A stretch of 62,460 nucleotides of DNA, counting the filler, from Pirum gemmata (taxonomy: Eukaryota): the NCBI GenBank assembly GCA_002812295.1. It is 23 parts of 23 records of this genome, joined end to end, with 100 filler letters (N's around TTAATTAATTAA, not from the genome) between each part and the next. Parts side by side here need not be neighbours in the genome. Positions count along the whole stretch, not along the records: positions 49,393 to 51,940 come from PDIN01005832.1; positions 52,041 to 54,586 come from PDIN01005833.1; positions 54,687 to 57,182 come from PDIN01005834.1; positions 57,283 to 59,828 come from PDIN01005835.1; positions 59,929 to 62,460 come from PDIN01005836.1; 18 more parts are not named here. One strand, given 5' to 3'. Below are positions 50,813 through 62,460 of this stretch, piece after piece (within the stretch, counting starts at the first letter, position 1; each line of letters starts with the position of its first letter). A program made the position numbers and the translations under genes. A model generated the notes under the pieces. That model was not told the DNA's origin and did no database searches. It saw nothing but the letters and a program-made list of their open reading frames with translations.

Positions 50813-52164
50813 NNNNNNNNNNNNNNNNNNNNNNNNNNNNNNNNNNNNNNNNNNNNNNNNNNNNNNNNNNNNNNNNNNNNNNNNNNNNNNNNNNNNNNNN
50901 NNNNNNNNNNNNNNNNNNNNNNNNNCATTTGATTTAATTTGGTATATTTTATTATATGTTTATTTATTTAAAAGTATCAATTTAAATATTATAAACAACC
51001 AAATAAATATTCGGAGTGACAAAATAAATGAAAAGCTCAATACTAGCTAGTTAGCTATGATACTAGAATAGCTAGAGACCAGCTAGCTAGACTAGCTAGG
51101 GACTATGTAGTAAAAGTAGATATGCAGTAGATGATAGCTAGAGGTAGCTACAAACAAACAAACCAACAAAAAAAAAACCAAAATTTTTAAAAACGAGACC
51201 ATTTTTTCACAATCGATCTGATAAGAGAATTTTTAGAGATAGTTTGAGATTCTAATAAAATAAATGAGCATGCTGCTACACATTATTGTAATGCTCTATA
51301 TATATTATTTAAAATTCCATTATATATTAATGTTATATTGCATTAATTATGTATTTTAAAATTTGTATTGTAATTATTGTTTAAGCTTTGCAATTGTATT
51401 ATATCGATTATTGCATATCAATATAAATATTATATTAATTGTATTGTATTATTATTGTACATGACATTGTATTGTATTAATATTAATTGCTTTATATTAA
51501 TGAATACATATTATTATGTGTAATAAGTACTATACTCGATAGCTATAGCTAGTTGTATTGTTTTAATATTATTAATATTGTATTGTATAGTATATTGATA
51601 TTGTTCTTCATGTGTGGTCTGTATATATTATATTGTACATGTATTAATATGGCATTATGTTGTATTGTATTTTAATTTAATATTATATATTATATTAATA
51701 TTATATTATACATGTGTATTGTTTATATTTAATTGTATTAATACTAGTACTGTATTGTGCATGTATTGCATTGTATTGTACTAAATATTGTAAGTTAATT
51801 TTGATAGTGTGAGTAGCATAGTGCTATATATAATGTTTTATATTTTATTGTTGTATTAATTGTATTGTATATGTCGTGACTGCGATAATATAGGCTATTT
51901 AGCTGATAATATGTAGTTTTTTTTTTTTTTGTGATAACAANNNNNNNNNNNNNNNNNNNNNNNNNNNNNNNNNNNNNNNNNNNNTTAATTAATTAANNNN
52001 NNNNNNNNNNNNNNNNNNNNNNNNNNNNNNNNNNNNNNNNATAATAATAATAATAATAATAAATAAACAATATTAATATTATAATATTAATTAATTAATA
52101 ACAATAAAGAAATATTTTTATTTCTAGATTTTTATTTTTAATAATTAAAAATTAATACTTATAA

Positions 52165-54471
52165 TTAAAACTTTAAAAAACTATTAAGATCATTGTTTCC
52201 TTCATGAAGTCTTCCATCTAACGTAGGAAATGCACTCAAACACATCGGTGAATCAACACCAGCTATGCTTAAAATCGTTTGAGGGATACCCCAAATAGTA
52301 ACCCCTACAACAATAGCCGCCCCCACTATGCTTTGATAACGACTAGCATTAATTTTAGCTTTATATTTCCATAACTCACAACTTAACCAACCGATCACTG
52401 TTGGAATAACATAATCGCCCGGACCCAAATATGCGTACAAACCCATAACCATAAAATTAGGCCAGAAGTCAAAAATAAGACTTCGTTTTTTCTTTTCTGT
52501 AACAAAGTGATAAACAACATAATCTCTAATCGGTTCTGCAAGAAAGGCCAAAACAAAGAACACGGCTCCAATATGAACCGCGTACTTAGGAAGAGCACCA
52601 AAACCCTCCAATGCAATTTTACCAACACCAATATACGCTGGCGCATACCCAACCGGATAATTAGAAGTTTCAAAGCCCATATCTGGGGAAGCGGATAAAA
52701 ATATTAAATACACAGCTGGACTTACAAAACAACCGATGAGTAAACCAATATTTTCACATATATACATAGAAGTGGAAGAAGCTTTAAGAATAAAAGCAGT
52801 TTTGTAATCCCCCATAATATCAGCGGAATTTTGCGAACCAAACGCGATAATACCTAAAAAGATCATCAAAGCTGGTAAAGAATCCTGTTCTCCTAATACA
52901 GAGTAAAACCAAGAACCAACCATAAAAATAAGACCTTTTGCCAACAAGAAAGTGATAGCTTGGTCAGTTAAACCAAATAAATACACGTTCATCACAGAAA
53001 TCAAAGGGAAAATGATGTAAGCAATAAGAACCATATACCATTTGATAGGAAAGAGAAATGGAATAGCTACCAAGCCTAAAGCAATTGTACCAATAAACAC
53101 AGAGCCAATAAAATATTTGTTAATAGTACTCTCTTCCATGATCTTGATACGCAAATGTTCTTCTCTAATTTCTTCAATAGAACGATCATCTTCTGTGTTT
53201 GTGGATTCTTTTTTCTCATTTTTTCTTTCAATAATGGACATTATAGTAACCTTAGTCATATCAACAACAACGTAAAGACCATTTCCCAAAACACAACAAA
53301 TCATAAAGAACACACCATAACCACCCATTTCAGAGTAATAATTAATACCCTTACACCGAGTAAACCAATAACCATCAGGAATAGGATCTGTAGGTGCGTT
53401 TACTTCAGCACCAAAAGAAAAGATAATTGGTAATAGGATACCAAAAAACAAAATACTCCCAACAAGTGTCGAAAAATTAACAACCCGTGGGGTCATACAC
53501 GCAATACCTGCATACAACATATTTTCCGCATTAAAATTGAAGTACCAATAATACTGAGCTGCACCTAAACCCAAAAGCGGTAACATAAACGCAGAACAAG
53601 AACTAGTGTTACCATTTAAATAATACACAGTTCCTTGAAATAACCAACATAATAAAGCCCATGCAAAAAAGCAAGCCGATACTAAAGTAAATAAATTAAC
53701 TTTACGATCTTGTAATTTTGAAGATTCTCCAGTAAAAGAATTGATTAAGACTGCAGTTGCCGAAGGAGATGGGAATGGTAACTTGTAATGTACAATCATT
53801 AGTTTTCTCAAAAAAGTAACAAGATTTACAGCTGGAAAAGACATAGCTAATGCCCATAATAACATTCTCCAATAAGTAAACTCTACAGTGGTACTAGGCA
53901 GATTTTCCAAGATTGTTTTGTTTTGTTGGATTTGTTCGTAAGTATATTCGTAGTAGTCAGCAATAGAATTAGGCATAAGAGCAGCCATATAAGTACCATA
54001 GCCCATACCGTTAGATACCGAAACAATAGCAACAACAAGAGTTTGTAGACAAACTAATTCATATTTACTCATAGGCAACATTTGATATTTAGTAAACAAT
54101 CCCATAATTTTGTTTATGAGCTTCATTAAAAGAAAGGCAATCAAAATAGAAGGCAAAGAGAAACCTGGTGTATTGGCACTGTTCCACAAAATAACTTTCA
54201 GTAACATAAAAGTGCATAAGGTACCGACAACGGTACCTAGAATAACTACTCTTGGCGTAACCCCTAACCTCCAATTTAAACCATTTTCTATTTCCTTTTG
54301 TTCTTCTTCAGTCCAATCTGGGTTTTCAGGATCAAAGGATTCTTCTACTTTGACGTCAATATCACCATTTTCGATTGTTTCTGGATCTGAAAAACATGAC
54401 GAGGACTCGAGACCAACAACCTCTAATTCATTTTCAATTATAAGCTCATTTTCTGTTTTAACTTTATTCAT
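52165..54471 (-). CDS. OPT-family transporter, YSL (yellow stripe-like) clade
   Basis: 768-aa intronless polytopic membrane protein with YSL-type motifs: ELVCLQTLVVA, LRKLMIVHYKLPFPSPSATAVLINSF, MNVYLFGLTD, ADIMGDYKTAFI, YPVGYAPAY...EGFGALPKY. Confidence 0.9.
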   Translation of the reverse strand: MNKVKTENELIIENELEVVGLESSSCFSDPETIENGDIDVKVEESFDPENPDWTEEEQKEIENGLNWRLGVTPRVVILGTVVGTLCTFMLLKVILWNSANTPGFSLPSILIAFLLMKLINKIMGLFTKYQMLPMSKYELVCLQTLVVAIVSVSNGMGYGTYMAALMPNSIADYYEYTYEQIQQNKTILENLPSTTVEFTYWRMLLWALAMSFPAVNLVTFLRKLMIVHYKLPFPSPSATAVLINSFTGESSKLQDRKVNLFTLVSACFFAWALLCWLFQGTVYYLNGNTSSCSAFMLPLLGLGAAQYYWYFNFNAENMLYAGIACMTPRVVNFSTLVGSILFFGILLPIIFSFGAEVNAPTDPIPDGYWFTRCKGINYYSEMGGYGVFFMICCVLGNGLYVVVDMTKVTIMSIIERKNEKKESTNTEDDRSIEEIREEHLRIKIMEESTINKYFIGSVFIGTIALGLVAIPFLFPIKWYMVLIAYIIFPLISVMNVYLFGLTDQAITFLLAKGLIFMVGSWFYSVLGEQDSLPALMIFLGIIAFGSQNSADIMGDYKTAFILKASSTSMYICENIGLLIGCFVSPAVYLIFLSASPDMGFETSNYPVGYAPAYIGVGKIALEGFGALPKYAVHIGAVFFVLAFLAEPIRDYVVYHFVTEKKKRSLIFDFWPNFMVMGLYAYLGPGDYVIPTVIGWLSCELWKYKAKINASRYQSIVGAAIVVGVTIWGIPQTILSIAGVDSPMCLSAFPTLDGRLHEGNNDLNSFLKF

Positions 54472-54686
54472 TTTGTTTTTTGTTTTATTTTTTATTTATT
54501 TATTTTTTTTTTATTATTTTTTATTTTATGTAAACATAAGCTTTTCTTTTCTGTTATTTTATTTTTTTTTTTTTTTTAATGATTTTNNNNNNNNNNNNNN
54601 NNNNNNNNNNNNNNNNNNNNNNNNNNNNNNTTAATTAATTAANNNNNNNNNNNNNNNNNNNNNNNNNNNNNNNNNNNNNNNNNNNN

Positions 54687-56207
54687 AGTAATAGTAATAG
54701 TAATAGTAATAGTAATAGTAATAGTAATAGTAATAGTAATGGTAATGGTAATGGTAATGGTAATGGTAATGGTAATAGTACTATAGCAATAGCAATAGCA
54801 ATAGCAATAGTATCAGCAATAGCAATAGTATTAGCATAGCAATAGTAATAGTAATAGTAATGGTAATGGTAATGGTAATGGTAATAGTAATAGTAATAGT
54901 GATAGCAATAGCAATAGTAATAGTAATAGTAATAGTAATAGAATAGTAATACTAATAGTAATAGTAATAGTAATAGTAATAAAAAATAGTAATAGCAATA
55001 TAATAGTCATAGTAATAGTAATAGTAATAGTAATAGTAACAATAATAGTAATAATAACAATAATAGTAATAAATACACAATAATAGTAATAGTAATAGTA
55101 GTAGTAGTAGTAGTAGTAATAGGAATAGGAATAGGAATAGGAATAGGAATAGGAATAGGAATAGTAATAGTAATAATAATAGTTAATGGTTAATAGTAAT
55201 AATAATAGTTAATGGTAAATAGTAATAGTAATAGTAATAGTAATAGTAATAGTAATAGTAATAGTAATACTATAGTAAAAGTAATAGTAATATTAATAGT
55301 AATACTATAGTAATAGTAATAGTAATAGTAATAGTAATAGTAATAGTAATAGTAATAGTAATAGTAATAGTAATAGTAATAGTAATAGTTCTATAGCAAT
55401 AGCAATAGTAATGGCAATGGAAATAGTAATAGTAACAGCAATAGCAATAGTAATAGCAATAGTAATAATAGTAATAGTAATAATAACAACAATAGTAATA
55501 GTAATAATAATAGTAATAATAAGAGTAATAGTAATAGTAATAGTAATAGTAATAGTAATAGTACTATAGTATAGTACTATAGTACTATAGCACTACAGTA
55601 ATAGCAATAGCAATAGTAATTTTACCTTTGGTTCTGACAATAGTAATAGTAATAGTAATAATAGTAATAATAATAATAATAATAATAGTAATAGTACTAA
55701 TAATAGTAATAATAATAATAGTAAAGGCTAATAGTAATAGTAATAGTAATAGTAATAGTAATAGTACTATAGTACTATATTAATAGCGATAGCAATATTA
55801 ATTTTACCTTTGGTTCTGACAATAGTAATAGTAATAGTAATAATAGTAATAATAATAAAAATAATAATAGTAATAGTACTAATAATAGCAATAGTAATAA
55901 TAATAGTAATAATAATAATAGTAATAGTTAATAGTAATAGTAATAGTACTATAGTACTATAGTAATAGCGATAGCAATAGTAATTTTACCTTTGGTTCTG
56001 ACAATATTAATATAGTAATAGTAATAATAGTAATAGTGATAATAACAATAATAATAATAATAGTAATAATAATAGTAATAATAATAGTAATAATAATAGT
56101 AATAGTTAATAGTAATAGTAATAGTAATAGTACTATAGTACTATAGTACTATAGTAATAGCAATATAGTTAGTAATTTTACCTTTGGTTCTGACAATAGT
56201 AATAGTA

Positions 56208-56243
<36 letters not shown>

Positions 56244-56554
56244 GTAATAGTACTAATAATAGTAATAATAATAATAGTAATAGTTAATAGTAATAGTAAT
56301 AGTAATAGTAATAGTAATAGTAATAGTAATAGTACCATAGCACCACAGTAATAGCGATAGCAATAGTAATGTTACCTTTGGTTCTGACAATAGTAATAGT
56401 AATAGTAATAATAATAGTAATAATAATAATAATAATAGTAATAGTAATAATAATAGTTATAATAACAGTAATAGTCAATAGTAATATTAATAGTAATAGT
56501 ACTATAGTAATAGCAATAGCAATAGTTAGTAATTTTTTGGTTCTGACAATAGTA

Positions 56555-56593
<39 letters not shown>

Positions 56594-56912
56594 GTACTAA
56601 TAATAGTAATAATTGTAGTAATAGTTAATAGTAATAGTAATAGTGATAGTGATAGTACTATAGTATTATAGTACTATAGTAATAGCGATAGCAATAGAAA
56701 TGTTACCTTTGGTTCTGACAATAGTAATAGTAATAGTAATAATAGTAATAGTAATAATAATAATAATAATAATGGTAATAACAATAGTAATAGTAATAGT
56801 AATAGTAATAGTAATAGCAATAGTTAATAGTAACAGCAAGAGTTAACAGTAATAGTAATATTACTATAATACTATAGTACTATAGTAATAGCAATAGCAA
56901 TAGTAATTTTAC
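54687..56912. repeat. (AGTAAT)n-based intronic satellite with a higher-order ~170-205-bp unit carrying a copied exon end and splice donor
   Basis: ACCTTTGGTTCTGACA at 55624, 55806, 55988, 56180, 56374, (56536, with ACC deleted), 56705, and at the true exon junction 56911. Confidence 0.92.
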
Positions 56913-56974
56913 CTTTGGTTCTGACATTCGGCTGTAATCACGCATGTTATCGAGAAATGCAAACCCAGGCTCAC
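56913..56974 (-). CDS. nrdJ: Internal exon of a class II (adenosylcobalamin-dependent, monomeric RTPR-type) ribonucleotide reductase
   Basis: ttttaaaatag|GT GAG CCT GGG TTT GCA TTT CTC GAT AAC ATG CGT GAT TAC AGC CGA ATG TCA GAA CCA AAG|gtaaaa translates as (G)EPGFAFLDNMRDYSRMSEPK. This matches the GEPGFxWLxNMRxYSRM motif that precedes GxNPC in monomeric class II RNRs (recognised from memory; only 20 codons). Confidence 0.8.
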
Positions 56975-57498
56975 CTATTTTAAAATAAAAATTTCATTTA
57001 TTCTTAATTATTATTATTTAACCTTTCAAAAAAAATTAGAAACAAGAAACTATTTATTGTTACTATTGCGGTTAGGGTTGGGGTTGGGGTTAAGGTAGGG
57101 TTAGGACCAAAGTTAGGATCAAGGTTAGGATCAAGGTTAGGGTTAAGGTTAAGGTTAGGGTTAGGGTTAGGGTTAGGGTTAGNNNNNNNNNNNNNNNNNN
57201 NNNNNNNNNNNNNNNNNNNNNNNNNNTTAATTAATTAANNNNNNNNNNNNNNNNNNNNNNNNNNNNNNNNNNNNNNNNNNNNCATTTATCCATCCAAGCA
57301 GCTATGATATCGAGCATGTTTTGGGCAGCTATTTTGTTTATTTCATTTATTTTATTTATTTTAATTTTACCATATGCATATTGAATACGTTCAGAATACC
57401 CCAGCAGAAGTGAATACTTAGAGATCTATACTTAGTTTGTTTTGTTTTAAAACTTACTTGTCTAGGTTTTAGTCGTTTTCTGATAGTTTCCTAGACCG

Positions 57499-57531
<33 letters not shown>

Positions 57532-58235
57532 AAAAAAAAGGTGGTAGTTGAGAGTGTAGTAAGTCAAATTATGGATATAATTTTGGTTCCGAATAACAAA
57601 TGTCAATTGGGTAAGAATTGGGTAAGTTGTAGGGCTTGTTGTAGGAGGGAGTGTTGGTTGTAACTTGTAAGATATTGTATAAAGTAAAAAAAAGAGGAAA
57701 AATAGCTGAAAAAATATCAGTAAAAATATCTTACTTGAAAGAGTCTTGAAAGTGAAAATTTATTCATATAAAATTTCTACAACAAGAAAATAATTTTAGT
57801 TTTTCTTTGTCAATTTTATTAATAAACACCTTTAATTAATTTTATAATAGTATTAACTTTAATATATTTTTATGTTGTTCATACTATTGAGATAGGAATA
57901 ATAATATGGAAAAACATTAGGTAGGTTATTAAGTAAATAATATAGTTTATTATTATAGTGTTGGGTATATCAAACATAAGTTTGAATGAAAAGTGAACAC
58001 GTGGAATCCCATAATTGGGAGTTTAAAGATTAAAAAAAAACATAAGTAGAAGAAGATTTGGAAAAACTTTTTCCAAATTTTATTTTAAATGATGAATGTC
58101 AAGAACAACTTCTGAACAAGTTGAATCTGAACTTTCTGAACTTAGATGTTTCGAATAGAAGTAAATTGCAGTAATTGCTTTGCAATGGCCAAAAATGATT
58201 TTTCTGTTGAAAAAGGTTTACAATTAAACAACTCC

Positions 58236-58339
58236 TTAAATGTAATCTACATTAAAAGTTGGGTTTTCGTAAATGAATCGAGCTTTTTTCTTGTCGCCGC
58301 TGCCAATAGAATCATGAACTTGGATTTTGGAGTAGGAAT
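58236..58339 (-). CDS. Possible short terminal exon (SYSKIQVHDSIGSGDKKKARFIYENPTFNVDYI*)
   Basis: Acceptor-like ctttttctaatcag| and locally coding-like composition; no homology recognised. Confidence 0.3.
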
Positions 58340-58840
58340 CTGATTAGAAAAAGGTAGGTCTAAGACTCTTAAGTTCTTGCACTTTCCACTACTAGTCTAG
58401 GATAAGAGTATGTAAACATTCATTAGTAGTGTACACAATGTCATGTATAATTACCTAGCTAGGTATATAGTGCTTTTCAGTTGTTCTGCAATAAAAATTA
58501 ACAATATAATCATTTCACTTTTAATTGTTCAACCAACATAAATGAAAAGCAGGATAATTATTAGACATTATAATATTATAGGGCTATAGATAATAGACTA
58601 GACTATTACGTAAATTTGCATGTAAAAACACTGTAAATCAGTAAATTTGTTGTTCAAGGACTTCAAAAAAAAAAAAATATTGAAGTCCTAGGTTTTATCT
58701 AGCTACACACCCAGATAAAAGTTATTCGGATACAAAAAATTAAATAGGCATTTTTTTAATATTTTTTTCTTTATCTAAAAAATACCATTGAGCCACATTA
58801 AAACCACCCATATAGTCTAGTCTACTAGCCAGGTCTAGTC

Positions 58841-59070
58841 AGTAGGGGTGTGATGACGTCATTATATTATTGCCGAACAGCTGCCGGAACTTTTCCGATT
58901 TTTGGTTTATTACTATTAATGTTAATATTAGTACTTTAATTGGTAACTATTATAATTAGATTTACTATATTTAGCTATTCAACTGTTATTATTAGTAAAG
59001 AACACGGAACTAAGGTTGGCTCGATAAGCATCTGTTCGAAAAAAGTTCCAGTGGATATCTCACCCCTACT
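58841..59070 (-). mobile_element. MITE family A copy
   Basis: TIRs present; flanks GTCTAGTC / GTCTAGCT (6/8 match). Confidence 0.9.
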
Positions 59071-59130
59071 GTCTAGCTAAGTCTATGTCTACTGTCTAGA
59101 CTTGTCTAGCTAGAGTCTAGACTAGTCTAT

Positions 59131-59249
59131 GGGAGCGTTCAAATAATACGTCACGTTAAGGGGTAGGTAGGTGGTATTTGACCGGAAATTAACGTCGATG
59201 GGTAGGTAGGTAGGGGTATTTGAAGCTGTATTTGTATTTGAACGTTTCC
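59131..59249 (+). mobile_element. MITE family E copy (internally deleted) with TAT TSD
   Basis: TAT|GGGAGCGTTCAAATA...TATTTGAACGTTTCC|TAT. Confidence 0.85.
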
Positions 59250-60604
59250 TATGGACTATGGAAAATAAAAAAAGATACCGATAGACTAGATCAGCCAATC
59301 GTTGTCTTATGAAAAATAAAGAGTAAAACATACCAAATTATTTTAATAAAAGGCCGTTTTATTTAATTTGGTATTTTTTATTATATAGTTATTGATTTTA
59401 AACAGACATCTTTTAAGTTTATAAACCTCAGGACTTTTGGTAAGTTTAACAGCTAGCTACTTCAAATATTTATTTGGTTGGTTGTAATATTTAAAATGGC
59501 TTTTTTAAATTAATAAATAGATAATAAAAAATACCAAATTAAATAAAATGGATATATTTTGTATTAATTTGGTATTCTTTTTTGTATATTTATGATAACA
59601 AAAATAGCTAGTACCCTCTGGAGCTCTCTGGACTCTGGAGTCTGGAGACTGGAGTCTCTACCCTAGCTAGGGCGGGGTCTAGTCTAGACTCTAGCTAGCT
59701 AGACCCCCCCGTAGTAGTGGATGTGGTGACTAAATAATAATAATAATGTCATAATAATAATAATAATAACTAGATAATAAATAATAACAATGTGGTCTTC
59801 GTTGGGATTATTATTATTATTATTATTANNNNNNNNNNNNNNNNNNNNNNNNNNNNNNNNNNNNNNNNNNNNTTAATTAATTAANNNNNNNNNNNNNNNN
59901 NNNNNNNNNNNNNNNNNNNNNNNNNNNNTATATTAATTTGGTATCATTTATTGTTTATTTTATGATGACAAAATAAATGAAAAGCACTATAATATTATTA
60001 TAATAAATCAGATATTGAACATTGAAAAACTATTGAAAACTTTGGTCATCATGACGATTTCATGACGTCACTGATGAATCGTTTTTTAATATAATATTAT
60101 TGGATAGTAGTATTTGATATTATTAAATTTTGATAGTATTAATTAAATTTTTACACGATACTATCACTATACACTGTATACAGTCTATACTATCATTATT
60201 TTTGTAATGTTATTGATATTTATAAATAAAATATGATAATATTAATATTATTATAAATTATTATTTTACTTAATAAATAAGGTTTATTATGTGTAATTAA
60301 TATGGGAGTATGATATAAAGTGATATAAATATATAAATAAATGACTAGCAAGCAGACTACATACCAACAGTATCAGGCCCGTATGAGCTCAAAGAAGTCT
60401 AAAAAAAAAGATTTCTTCAGTTTTTACTTTTACCGTCTATCCCTTTTTATTATTAATAGTACTAGCTATGATAGTTAGCCGTCTATCCGGAGACTACTAG
60501 CTAGCTAGGCTAGCTAGCTAGTCTTTTAATTAAAATGAATGAGGAAATACATGGCGATACTGTGGCGTAATATTATGTTAGAAGAATACAAATACTCAAT
60601 ATGG

Positions 60605-60752
60605 TATTGTGCTTTTCATTTATTTTGTCACTTCGAATATTTATTTGGTTGTTTATAATATTTAAATTGATACTAAATGGATTTATATTGTATTAATTTG
60701 GTACTATTTATTGTATATTTTATTGACGACAAAATAACTGAAAAGCACGATA
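60605..60752 (-). mobile_element. MITE family B copy (internally deleted)
   Basis: TATTGTGCTTTTCA...TGAAAAGCACGATA. Confidence 0.85.
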
Positions 60753-61835
60753 ATATTATAGTAATATTATTATCGTTAGATTATTATCGTAGTTATTATT
60801 ATATTATATTTTAACGTCTATATATATTTTATAGTGTATGTCATAAGAACACTGTCATCTAAGAACACTGTCATCGATATCATTTCATTTATTTATTTGT
60901 TTATTTGTTATTAAAAATTTTATTTATTTACAAATGACTGATGTCTATGGTGATTGATGTATCATAGCACTCATAGTACCATACTATCATGTACTATCAT
61001 AGAGATATCATAGTCTAATTATAAAATTTAATATTTAATTAAATTTTATTTCTATTTATTGGATTCCGAAATCTAATAGTATCGCAAATTCACAATATCA
61101 TTTATTTTTTTTAAAAAAATAAAGCATAAATATTTATTTATAAAAATATCATATCCAGCGGATATGATATCCACTGTAGCAGCGTAGCTCTCTACCAGTC
61201 ACTCTAGCTACTCTATCTAGCTAGTAGTTGTTTTAACTCTATCGTGTTTTTCAGTATGATAGTTTTGTCATTATAAAATAGAAAGAGTGCCAAATTAATA
61301 AAATATAAATCCATTTCATTTAATTTGGTATATTTTATTATATATTTATTTATTTAAAAGTATCAATTTAAATATTATAACCAACCAAATAAANNNNNNN
61401 NNNNNNNNNNNNNNNNNNNNNNNNNNNNNNNNNNNNNNNNNNNNNNNNNNNNNNNNNNNNNNNNNNNNNNNNNNNNNNNNNNNNNNNNNNNNNNNNNNNN
61501 NNNNNNNNNNNNNNNNNATTTGGTTGTTTATAATATTTAAATTGATACTTTTAAATAAATAAATATATAATAAAATATACCAAATTAAATGAAATGGATT
61601 TATATTATATTAATTTGGTATCATTTATTGTTTATTTTATGATGACAAAACAACTGAAAAACACGATAATATTATATAAGCTGAGGGGTTACTGTGGTAT
61701 ACAAGTTATCTGATATAATAAAGTATCACGCGTGCGACTTTCTTTCAAAAAAGACTGCCCGGGTGACACTAACCCCTATGGGAGCTTTCAAATAATACGT
61801 CACGTCAAGGGGTAGGTAGGTAGGGGTAAACAAGT

Positions 61836-62026
61836 TATCGTGCTTTCCAGTTATTTTGTCATCATAAAATAATATACAATATAAAGAGTACGAAATTAAT
61901 ACTATGTAAATCCATTTCATTTAATTTGATATATTTTATTATATATTTATTTATTTAAAATTATCAATTTAAATATTATAAACAACCAAATAAATATTCG
62001 GAGTGACAAAATAAATGAAAAGCACA
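61836..62026 (+). mobile_element. MITE family B copy abutting a truncated family E copy (61779-61827)
   Basis: TATCGTGCTTTCCAG...TGAAAAGCACA. Confidence 0.85.
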
Positions 62027-62118
62027 GCTAGCTAGAGCATGTACGGGTTTAAAAATAAATAGACACTCTGTAAAAAAAGTGTAAAAAAGCTGTAAAAAGA
62101 CAGCAGTGGGAAAAATAA

Positions 62119-62277
62119 GGGAGCGTTCAAATAATACGTCACGTCAAGGGGTAGGTAGGTAGGTGGTATTTGAACGGAAATTAACGTCAAGCGGTAGGTA
62201 GGTAGGGGTATTTGAAGCTGTATTTGACTGGAAATTGGCGTTACATAGTGTTACGTACGTAGTATTTGAACACTCCC
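62119..62277 (+). mobile_element. MITE family E full copy
   Basis: TAA|GGGAGCGTTCAAATA...TATTTGAACACTCCC|TTA; another copy starts at ~62381. Confidence 0.85.
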
Positions 62278-62460
62278 TTAGAGCTCCCTTAGACAAGTAG
62301 GAAAAATTATTTTTATTTTTTGTTAAAAATCTATGACCAAATCAGATCATAGACTTTCGCGGCTTTCAGTAAGTAGCCAAGGAGGCATTCAAATAATACG
62401 TCACGTCAAGGGGTAGGTGGGTAGGCGGTATTTGACCGGAAATTAACGTCAAGGGGTAGG

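Noticed and set aside
52395..54634. Small ORFs overlapping the OPT gene (likewise 557-775, 1826-2068, 25378-25635 and 26336-26611 over other genes)
   Set aside because: Shadow frames of real genes.
55560..56930. CRISPR-like repeat-spacer appearance
   Set aside because: Spacers are low-complexity microsatellite of 150+ bp, the repeat is a copy of a eukaryotic exon junction, and there are no cas genes.

Overview
Very AT-rich, intron-containing eukaryotic genomic DNA from an unidentified unicellular eukaryote. TTAGGG-type repeats and a ZFAND4-like gene are compatible with an opisthokont/holozoan protist, but this cannot be proven here. The window is not one locus: it is 23 pieces, nearly all about 2.5 kb, joined by 22 identical 100-nt linkers (44 N + TTAATTAATTAA + 44 N), so adjacency across linkers is artificial. 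Four intronless genes are present: a ubiquitin-like/ZFAND4-like protein, a secreted pentapeptide-repeat protein, a SWEET sugar transporter and an OPT/YSL transporter. Spliced genes the ORF track misses were read by hand: a secreted VWA-domain gene (2 exons), a C2-domain gene (3 exons), a 9-nt microexon plus 81-nt exon pair, and a single 62-nt exon of a class II (B12-dependent) ribonucleotide reductase. There are also decayed copia and LINE fragments, at least six MITE families and many micro/minisatellites. The most unusual signal recurs in two unrelated genes: their introns are built from tandem copies of the neighbouring exon-intron junction, separated by microsatellite or telomere-like repeats (seven extra donor units after the RNR exon; three decayed acceptor/exon-start copies in the C2 gene).
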